Assembly: GCA_023379025.1 (NCBI GenBank)
Contig: JAMCTH010000003.1
Span: 17,114-81,113 of the forward strand
DNA length: 64,000 bases
Direction of reading: 5' to 3'
DNA from: Patescibacteria group bacterium
GTDB taxonomy: Bacteria > Patescibacteriota > Microgenomatia > UBA10105 > UBA927
Of this stretch, positions 58,058-64,000 are shown one piece after another. The position numbers were made by a program, and so were the translations under genes. Position 1 is the first letter of the stretch. Every line of letters begins with the position of its first letter. The notes under the pieces are model-generated. The model was not told the DNA's origin, did no database searches, and saw nothing but the letters and a program-made list of their open reading frames with translations.

Positions 58058-58560
58058 TTATAACATTCTATGTCCACCGCCGACATAAATTTTTTGTCCA
58101 GTGAGCCAGCGGGCTTGGTCGGAAGCTAGAAATAATATGACATCAGCTACATCTTCCGGTGGCCCAATCTGACGAAGCGGAATACTTGGTATCATTTCTT
58201 TTTCCATGGTAGAAGAAATCCAGCCGGTTTGAACCGGACCTAACGAAACGATGTTTGCGGTAACCCCATAGGGCCTAACTCCAAAGCAGCAGAGACCGTA
58301 TTGGTGATGTAAAAACCGTCAATAGCAATTGTTTTTTTTATCTGACGTTTGGGGAAGAAACGTATCAGCCAGACAATATGCCGCATTGTTGACAATAATC
58401 TCCACCGGTCCGAATGTTTTCTCAACACGATCAAAAAGTTCAGGGATCACTTTTGGATTAGACAAATCTGCCTCCCACGCTTCAACTTTAACGCTCTGTT
58501 TGGGCATTGATTCAATAACTTCTCCGGCATCTTTGCCTGCTGGATACGGTAATACGACTC
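58058..58560 (-). pseudogene. Decayed short-chain dehydrogenase/reductase (FabG-like) gene fragment
   Basis: The minus-strand translation gives VEIIVNNAAY (ORF 58319..58507). In another frame the C-terminus reads ASDQARWLTGQKIYVGGGH (58068-58124). The N-terminal Rossmann segment is missing. Confidence 0.55.
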
Positions 58561-58662
58561 ACCCGGTGTAGCGTCTGTCTCAGCAGACTGGTTTGGAAGC
58601 CGTAAATAGGTGATTAAAACTGCTGAAGTCTAGACTAGGTCGATTCTCGATAAAATCTCACT

Positions 58663-58890
58663 TTACAACTGATTAACCACGTAGTAATCAATCAGTCTCC
58701 TGATCATAGCCTGATATGAAGCACCGTGCTTTCGAGCTTTGTCTTTAAAAAATTTCAGGCTTTTTTCGGTGAGCGTAAGCGTCACTTTAGATCTCTTTTC
58801 TTTCAGAACTAAGTCCTCCTGCTTGGGTAAAAAATCACTGATCACCTTCGCCCCAACCGGTTCGCCGGTGTATTTGATTTTCCTTTTCAT
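58663..58890 (-). CDS. brnA: BrnA-type antitoxin (ribbon-helix-helix)
   Basis: The C-terminus KFFKDKARKHGASYQAMIRRLIDYYV resembles BrnA antitoxins. It is trimmed to Met12, but still overlaps brnT by 56 nt. The Met1 start at 58923 is the alternative. Confidence 0.55.
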   Translation of the reverse strand: MKRKIKYTGEPVGAKVISDFLPKQEDLVLKEKRSKVTLTLTEKSLKFFKDKARKHGASYQAMIRRLIDYYVVNQL

Positions 58891-59149
58891 ATATTTTTTT
58901 GCCTTTTCTCCAATACCCCGCACCTATAACCCGAATGCGTTTAGCTCTATAGGTAAATCGGACAGTGAAGACACCTCCTTTCACTTTTCCGAAACAATAA
59001 TACCGTTCTTCCTCCTTGCCATGAAGTAAATCTTTAGCAATTACGCGATTTTTATCAAGAAAAGCAAATTGGGCTATTTTAAAATCAATACCATGCTTCT
59101 TCCTGTTTTCCTTATTTTTATCTTCATCCCACTCAAAAGACGTTTTCAT
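58835..59149 (-). CDS. brnT: BrnT-type toxin (RelE/ParE superfamily ribonuclease)
   Basis: 104 aa with FEWDEDKNKENRKKHGIDF and RIRVIGAGYWRKGKK segments like BrnT toxins. It sits directly upstream of brnA. Confidence 0.6.
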   Translation of the reverse strand: MKTSFEWDEDKNKENRKKHGIDFKIAQFAFLDKNRVIAKDLLHGKEEERYYCFGKVKGGVFTVRFTYRAKRIRVIGAGYWRKGKKIYEKENQIHRRTGWGEGDQ

Positions 59150-59188
59150 AAATATAGTACCATCTAGCCATATTTTTTACCATATTCT
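59150..59188 (-). promoter_or_regulatory. Putative brnTA promoter/operator in the 39-nt gap after tsaC
   Basis: The minus-strand sequence reads AGAATATGGTAAAAAATATGGCTAGATGGTACTATATTT-ATG. It has an extended -10-like TGGTACTAT 4 nt before the ATG, which would make the mRNA leaderless. It has a direct repeat AATATGG x2. Confidence 0.25.
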
Positions 59189-59815
59189 TCATGGTTGTCC
59201 TAATTTCACCGCTCCCTGACGGATAATTTTATAAGGCTTGACGCTGCAATCAACTACGGTTGAGGCCTGACCGGCGCTCGTTTCACCCGGGACAACCAGA
59301 TCAACCAGTTTAACGAATTCCGGATCGAGGTCCTCTGAGCGATAGGGAGTCTTCTCTCGGTGAAAGTTGGCTGACGTACCCAAAATCGGGACACCGACTC
59401 CTCTAATAATTGCTAAAGCGGTCTCGTGATTCGGCATACGTAAACCGGCCGTCTCGCCGCCGCCGCGGATAGGGGAGTAGACCATCTCTTTCATACACCG
59501 ATATATAATAGTAAGCGCACCGGGCCAATACAGTTTCATATAACGTCGTACAATATCGGAAGGATGATCAAAATAGGGTAGTGCCATCGCTTCCGAACCC
59601 GCAAGAACCGGTACCGCCTGCGTACGCGGGCGTTTTCTCAGAGCAAACAATCGGTCGACACTCTCCGGCCGGTCAATCCGGCACCCTATGCCAAAGGCGG
59701 TATCGGTCGGATAAATGATAATTCCGCCGGCATTTAGTACCCGGACTGCTTTTTTGATCATAGATTTTTTTGTTTCCGTATTTTTTATCACCATGTTACG
59801 TTGCTGAAGTGTCAT
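59189..59815 (-). CDS. tsaC: L-threonylcarbamoyladenylate synthase (TsaC/YrdC type)
   Basis: It has the YrdC core GGIIIYPTDTAFGIGC. The longest ORF is given, but the first 18 codons are AT-rich and Met19 (59761) is the more likely start. Confidence 0.75.
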   Translation of the reverse strand: MTLQQRNMVIKNTETKKSMIKKAVRVLNAGGIIIYPTDTAFGIGCRIDRPESVDRLFALRKRPRTQAVPVLAGSEAMALPYFDHPSDIVRRYMKLYWPGALTIIYRCMKEMVYSPIRGGGETAGLRMPNHETALAIIRGVGVPILGTSANFHREKTPYRSEDLDPEFVKLVDLVVPGETSAGQASTVVDCSVKPYKIIRQGAVKLGQP

Positions 59816-59847
59816 ATGGTTCTAAAACAATTCAGCAAGAGAGCAAT

Positions 59848-60309
59848 TCAGCGTTTTTTTTCTGTAATAATTTGATGCGTACCGTTGTCGAAAACCGAAA
59901 AACGGACATCCGTCCGCTCACCGGGTAATACACATCCCAGCTTTTCCGCCCACTCGACAATCACAATATGCTGAGGGTCAGAAAATATTTCCGTAATGCC
60001 AAGGCTGTCCAGTGCTTCGGCCGACGGCAAACGATAGAGATCCAGGTGATAGAGGAAGGAACCGAAATTGTTCAGCAAACGGTAACGTCGTACAATAATA
60101 AAGGTGGGAGAGGGGAGGCGGCAGGAAATGCCAAGTCCCCTTGCGAACCCCCGGACGAATGTTGTTTTCCCGCTGCCCAGTGCCCCGTACAGGCAATATA
60201 CGCGGGCTACTCCCGCTCTCCCCTTCTCCCCGGCCAGTTTTTGCCCTATTTCAGAGCCAAAATCAGCGGTTTCTGCTGCCGAACGGGTAATCCGCACGGT
60301 TGGCGTCAT
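59848..60309 (-). CDS. tsaE: tRNA threonylcarbamoyladenosine biosynthesis ATPase TsaE (YjeE)
   Basis: It has LYGALGSGKTTFVRGFARGLG as P-loop and an SPTFIIV segment. It is trimmed from the 314-aa ORF to Met162. The upstream 160 codons are an R/P-rich low-complexity readthrough of high-GC DNA. Confidence 0.75.
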   Translation of the reverse strand: MTPTVRITRSAAETADFGSEIGQKLAGEKGRAGVARVYCLYGALGSGKTTFVRGFARGLGISCRLPSPTFIIVRRYRLLNNFGSFLYHLDLYRLPSAEALDSLGITEIFSDPQHIVIVEWAEKLGCVLPGERTDVRFSVFDNGTHQIITEKKR

Positions 60310-60316
60310 AGCGGCA

Positions 60317-61159
60317 TTATACACCCTGCCGCACATTCCGAAGCGTAAATCCCAGGCACGCACACCCGAGGCCGGCGCCGATGAGAAGGATCGAAATGAT
60401 ATACGCGGACGGCGGTTCGGATCCGAGGAGCAGGGAACCGGAAGTAGCCTGACCCGCCGGCGTTCCCGCACGGAAGCTCTCGGAAAATGTGTCACTGCTC
60501 CTGAAGATACCGGCGACACTTCCTGTTTTATCAAGGGTCCTGCCTGAAGCTGCCGGGGACTGCGGTATCTCTGTCGGAGGGGGCGTTTCGACAGGTGTTG
60601 CCGTCGGCGCCGGGGATATCTGCGGAGCGGGAGTCGCGGTCGGTACCGGGGGAGGGGCAGGTGTTGCCGTCGGGGTAGGACTCGGCGTCGGGGTAGGCCC
60701 GGTAATCCGGACGGTCTGCTCCGGAGACCAGCTGACGCTGCAGCTGCCCGTGTATCTGCCGATTTTGAATAAATACTCCCCCGGCCCTTCATAGAGCGGG
60801 CTTTCTTTGTCCGGTTTCACCGTCACTGCCCCGCTCCATGTCCCTTCCGGACTGAGCATATCGGATAAAACGGGAATATACTGCGTGCAGTTTCCGCCCG
60901 GCGCGTTTACCCAGGATCCGTCCGGATGCTTCGTATACCCGAAGTATTTCGTTCCCCCGATGTAGAATACCCCGCGCAGATACGACGTACTGGTGCAGCC
61001 CGCACACACGAGTGTTACCCGGACATCAAACTCTCCGTTTTCATCCGTTTCGAGAGGTACGGAATCAATCGCAACCCCTGCCGCACGGATCGATAGCGGA
61101 GCCGCAAGAGAAACTGCCGCAAGCAGAATACCGCACAATACCCCGGGGAGCGCATTCAC
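60317..61159 (-). CDS. Cell-surface protein with a signal peptide, small Cys-containing domain, Pro/Thr-rich linker and C-terminal TM anchor
   Basis: 280 aa. The N-terminus LCGILLAAVSLAAPLSIRAAG is signal-like. The linker is TGPTPTPSPTPTATPAPPPVPTATPAPQISPAPTATPVETPPPTEIPQSP. The C-terminus YIISILLIGAGLGCACLGF is hydrophobic. Confidence 0.6.
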   Translation of the reverse strand: MNALPGVLCGILLAAVSLAAPLSIRAAGVAIDSVPLETDENGEFDVRVTLVCAGCTSTSYLRGVFYIGGTKYFGYTKHPDGSWVNAPGGNCTQYIPVLSDMLSPEGTWSGAVTVKPDKESPLYEGPGEYLFKIGRYTGSCSVSWSPEQTVRITGPTPTPSPTPTATPAPPPVPTATPAPQISPAPTATPVETPPPTEIPQSPAASGRTLDKTGSVAGIFRSSDTFSESFRAGTPAGQATSGSLLLGSEPPSAYIISILLIGAGLGCACLGFTLRNVRQGV

Positions 61160-61243
61160 ACTCCTTTAACTAGTAGCCGGAAATCGGAGGAATTTCAGTA
61201 ATCTTCAACACAAACCAAAAAATACTCTCTCCCGCAACACCGG

Positions 61244-62437
61244 TCAGATGCTCACCTGATCCACTTCAAAGACGCTTCCGAGGGAGTAGCTGTCAGTGAA
61301 TACCTTGTCATAGCCGTTTTCCTGGTACGGGTCATCCATGATGTAACGGCCGTCGGTATAGGATTTGATGACGACAAAATGCGTGCCGAACGGGCCGTAC
61401 CGGATGCCGGCGATAACCGGCTGATCCTTCACAGTATCGGGGGAAAGTGATGTCCCGATGCGCGTGATTGTGACTCCTTTGACCGAAATCGTGTACCTGA
61501 GCATAGCGGTTCCGACCGAAAAATTATTGGGATCGGAAACGGCGATATCCGACGGTAGTATGTCGGTATGTCCCATATGGCTTGCGACCATGGCAACCGA
61601 CGTAATGAGGCACCCGACACGGGCAAGGCTGCAGGGGCCGTTGCAGTCATTCCTGCCGTTTATGAGCGTATTGGCCCACTGCCCGTCCCGCTGGTTGTAG
61701 TAGCATCCCCATCCGTCGCAATGCGTCTGGGCACCAAGTATTCCTCCCCCCTGGCTTGCCGCAAAGCTCGCAAAACTCGCCAGTTGCGCCCTGGCCTGAG
61801 CCAGAAGCGACTGATAGGTCGCTTCGTCGTTTTTGGTCTGGGTGAGCAGCGATTGTTTTTCCTTCTTCTGGCGGTCGAGCTGCGTTGTTTCAGCCACCAA
61901 TTCTTCATTGAGCGCAACCTGCTGGCTCTTTTTTTCTTCCCGGAGGTCTTTCATGGCAGTATAGTCGTTCTGTGTCAGCTGGAACTGCTCATAGAGCTTG
62001 GTATCTTCCGCCTGCACGGACGACAGGTACTTCACGCCCAGCATAAACCGCGTAAAATCCGGAGACAGGAGGAGAAGTCCGAAATCCGGAGCAACCATGC
62101 GTTTATACGTTTCCGGAACGCGATGCAGAACGAGCTTAAGCCGTTCCGTCTTCAGGTTCTCGAGGGTGTCGATCTGCGTGGAGAGATCGCTGATCTCGCC
62201 GGTCAGTTTGGCGATCTGGTTTCTCGTTGCCGTGATTTTCAGCGTGGTCAGAGTGATGCGCGAATCCAGAAGTTGTATTTCACTCGAAAGCGTCTCTGCC
62301 TGCCCCTGCAGATCGCTTATTTTCTGCTGATACTGTTCTATCTGGCGATTGAGATCGTCGACGTTCTGGGCCCTGATGACGGAGCGAACGAAGAGCGAAC
62401 AAACCACCAGAAGTACTGCTGCAACCGCCCGTTTCAT
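61244..62437 (-). CDS. Secreted coiled-coil protein with a C-terminal C39-like/papain-like cysteine peptidase domain (PcsB/EnvC-like FtsEX partner)
   Basis: 397 aa. It has a signal peptide and about 200 aa of heptad-rich, Q/L/E/K-rich sequence. The C-terminal domain has a candidate catalytic Cys in GCLITSVAMVASHMG and a His in GTHFVVIKSY. It is immediately downstream of ftsX. Confidence 0.55.
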   Translation of the reverse strand: MKRAVAAVLLVVCSLFVRSVIRAQNVDDLNRQIEQYQQKISDLQGQAETLSSEIQLLDSRITLTTLKITATRNQIAKLTGEISDLSTQIDTLENLKTERLKLVLHRVPETYKRMVAPDFGLLLLSPDFTRFMLGVKYLSSVQAEDTKLYEQFQLTQNDYTAMKDLREEKKSQQVALNEELVAETTQLDRQKKEKQSLLTQTKNDEATYQSLLAQARAQLASFASFAASQGGGILGAQTHCDGWGCYYNQRDGQWANTLINGRNDCNGPCSLARVGCLITSVAMVASHMGHTDILPSDIAVSDPNNFSVGTAMLRYTISVKGVTITRIGTSLSPDTVKDQPVIAGIRYGPFGTHFVVIKSYTDGRYIMDDPYQENGYDKVFTDSYSLGSVFEVDQVSI

Positions 62438-62446
62438 GCTCGTGAT

Positions 62447-63343
62447 TTAGAATTTGAGGTATCTGCCTACGGCGACGAGACTTCCGATACTCCCGAGAAG
62501 AAATCCGGCGGCAAGAAGCATGCCGAAAAATGCTGCCGTCGGAAGGAGGAACAGCGCGGATGCCGGATCTGAAAGCACCGCGTGAATAACCGGAACGATA
62601 CCCAGAAAAGAAAGGAGAAGCGGCCGGATCCACAACACCGCTCCCGTCAGGATCGCACCGGACACAACTGCGCTGATGACACCGTAGAATCCTCCCTCAA
62701 GGATAAACGGCGCCCGGATATACCAGGGTGATGCGCCGACCAATGTGAGGATTTCCACCTCGCGCTTTCTGACGGCAATTTTCATACCGATGACCGCCGT
62801 AACAATCAGTATCGAATCGAGTGAGAGAAGCCCCGCGAGCGTACCGCCGGCAAGACGGATAGCCCGCGTCCAGGTCAGGAGCGTATCCACGACATCTTTC
62901 TGATAGACGATCTGCTCAACCCCGCTTGCTCCTTTTATGATGGGATAGAGATCATTGAGGTACGCGGGATCGGTCGCCGATATTTCAAGCGATGCCGGCA
63001 GGATATCGGCCGTGACCATTTCAAGAAGCAGCGGGTCATTTCTGTTCTGCTGGCGATACAGCGCCAGGGCGTCATTCTGGGAGATATACTTGACCCCCGC
63101 GGTTTTACCGGTATGCTCGAGCGTTGCCTTAAGAGAAAGAATATCCGATTCTTTGACGCCGTCCGAAAAAAACACGGTGATCTGGGGCTTACTCTCGAAA
63201 TACCTGAGGATATAAAACGATCCAGCGGAGGTGATAAAAAATACCCCGGCAAGAAGGAGCGTCAGGAACATGCTAATGATCGCGGCAAGCGCCTGGTACG
63301 GCGACCGCCGGATATGCGTCCACGTGGTCGGCAACAGTTTCAT
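62447..63343 (-). CDS. ftsX: Cell division permease-like protein FtsX
   Basis: 298 aa. It has one N-terminal TM helix, an extracytoplasmic domain of about 100 aa, then three TM helices, and it follows ftsE. Confidence 0.8.
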   Translation of the reverse strand: MKLLPTTWTHIRRSPYQALAAIISMFLTLLLAGVFFITSAGSFYILRYFESKPQITVFFSDGVKESDILSLKATLEHTGKTAGVKYISQNDALALYRQQNRNDPLLLEMVTADILPASLEISATDPAYLNDLYPIIKGASGVEQIVYQKDVVDTLLTWTRAIRLAGGTLAGLLSLDSILIVTAVIGMKIAVRKREVEILTLVGASPWYIRAPFILEGGFYGVISAVVSGAILTGAVLWIRPLLLSFLGIVPVIHAVLSDPASALFLLPTAAFFGMLLAAGFLLGSIGSLVAVGRYLKF

Positions 63344-63346
63344 AGG

Positions 63347-64000
63347 CTACCCCTTCGGGTCTTCTTTTTTATGGGACTGGGTTTCATGATGCGCCTCTGT
63401 TTTTTTATGTACATGATATTTCCCTTTGGCCTCATCACTTATGAGATGCCCTTCCCGAAGGGCTATGGTCCGTTTTTTCATATCATTGACGATCCCCGCG
63501 TTATGCGTAGCCATGATGACCGTCGTACCCAGCGTATTGATCTGTTGAAGGATGGTAAGAATTTCCCATGAGGTATCGGGGTCGAGATTTCCGGTCGGCT
63601 CATCCGCAAGCAAAATCGACGGGCCGCCCACGATGGCCCGCGCGATGCTCGTCCGCTGGAGTTCCCCTGCGGAAAGCTGCTGCGGAAAAAACTGACGCTT
63701 GGAGGAAAGACCGACCAGAGACAGCACTGCGTCAGCGTCCCGGATAATCTCACTGTCCTTTTTTCCCAAAATCTCAAGCCCGACCGCCACATTTTCGTAT
63801 ACCGTCCGGTCAAAAAGCAGCTTAAAATCCTGGAACACCGTCCCTATTTTGCGCCTGAGAAGAAATACGCGGGATGTCGGCATGGCGTTGACTTTCATAT
63901 CGTCGACATACACCTCTCCCGACGTCGGGAGAATGTCGTGGATGAGAAGACGGAGAAACGTGGTCTTCCCTGCTCCCGACGGTCCGATGAGAAACACGAA
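63347..64000 (-). CDS. ftsE: Cell division ABC ATPase FtsE (N-terminus lies beyond the window end)
   Basis: It has Walker A GPSGAGKTT, an ABC signature LSAGELQR and Walker B ILLADEPTGNLD. The sequence runs to position 64000 with no start codon in the window. Confidence 0.85.
   Translation of the reverse strand, partial: FVFLIGPSGAGKTTFLRLLIHDILPTSGEVYVDDMKVNAMPTSRVFLLRRKIGTVFQDFKLLFDRTVYENVAVGLEILGKKDSEIIRDADAVLSLVGLSSKRQFFPQQLSAGELQRTSIARAIVGGPSILLADEPTGNLDPDTSWEILTILQQINTLGTTVIMATHNAGIVNDMKKRTIALREGHLISDEAKGKYHVHKKTEAHHETQSHKKEDPKG

Noticed and set aside
60310-60792. R/P-rich 160-codon N-terminal extension of the tsaE ORF
   Set aside because: It is a low-complexity readthrough across the 3' end of the neighbouring gene. 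The TsaE homology starts only at Met162.
60489-60794. Plus-strand G/V/A-rich 101-aa ORF
   Set aside because: It is the reverse complement of the Pro/Thr-rich linker coding region of 60317..61159, and is a compositional artefact.
61568-62572. 334-aa plus-strand ORF
   Set aside because: It is antisense to the coiled-coil peptidase gene, so it is a spurious long ORF.
1-64000. Search for CRISPR arrays, IS/transposase or integrase genes, and rRNA
   Set aside because: No regularly spaced direct repeats were found. No DDE or tyrosine-recombinase motifs were found in any ORF. Nothing is rRNA-like. The islands lack a recognisable mobility gene within the window.

Overview
High-GC (about 55-60% by eye) bacterial window almost entirely filled by one cell-envelope glycosylation super-locus at roughly 18..56500. 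The right end holds a dTDP-rhamnose operon (rmlA-rmlC-rmlB-rmlD), a UDP-glucose dehydrogenase (ugd) and a GDP-mannose 4,6-dehydratase-like gene. These feed about 13 cytoplasmic GT2/GT4 glycosyltransferases, including five DPM1/GtrB-like polyprenyl-phosphate sugar synthases and one GT2-GtrA fusion, plus two Wzx-like flippases. The bulk of the locus is about 20 large polytopic membrane proteins of GT-C type in at least five paralog families: five HDG-motif proteins (family A), five ArnT/PMT-like (family C, one divergent), four GT39-like in a near-tandem triplet plus one (family D), three YfhO-like (family E), and three smaller ones of unknown type (family B and one other). Nearly all genes read on the minus strand. 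Many are chained by 4-nt ATGA stop/start overlaps, so I re-trimmed several over-long ORF-track starts to the coupled internal ATG. Two AT-rich islands (about 35-45% GC by eye) interrupt the GC-rich backbone. The first, 25547..26735, carries a zeta-toxin-like gene broken by a frameshift at an A AAA AAA G run. The second, about 56650..59188, sits between tsaB and tsaC-tsaE. It carries an acidic hypothetical protein, a decayed SDR pseudogene and a brnT/brnA toxin-antitoxin pair, and its left composition boundary falls inside tsaB. The right end has tsaC, tsaE, a PT-rich surface protein, and a division module of ftsE (partial), ftsX and a coiled-coil C39-like cysteine peptidase. No rRNA, tRNA, CRISPR array or recognisable transposase was seen. 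All family assignments come from motif recognition by eye and have not been checked against a database. The main point of interest is the extreme paralog expansion of lipid-carrier-dependent membrane glycosyltransferases next to PT-rich surface proteins. No phosphoglycosyltransferase or Wzy/ligase was recognised, which suggests (by inference only) a stepwise glycosylation system that decorates surface proteins or polymers.
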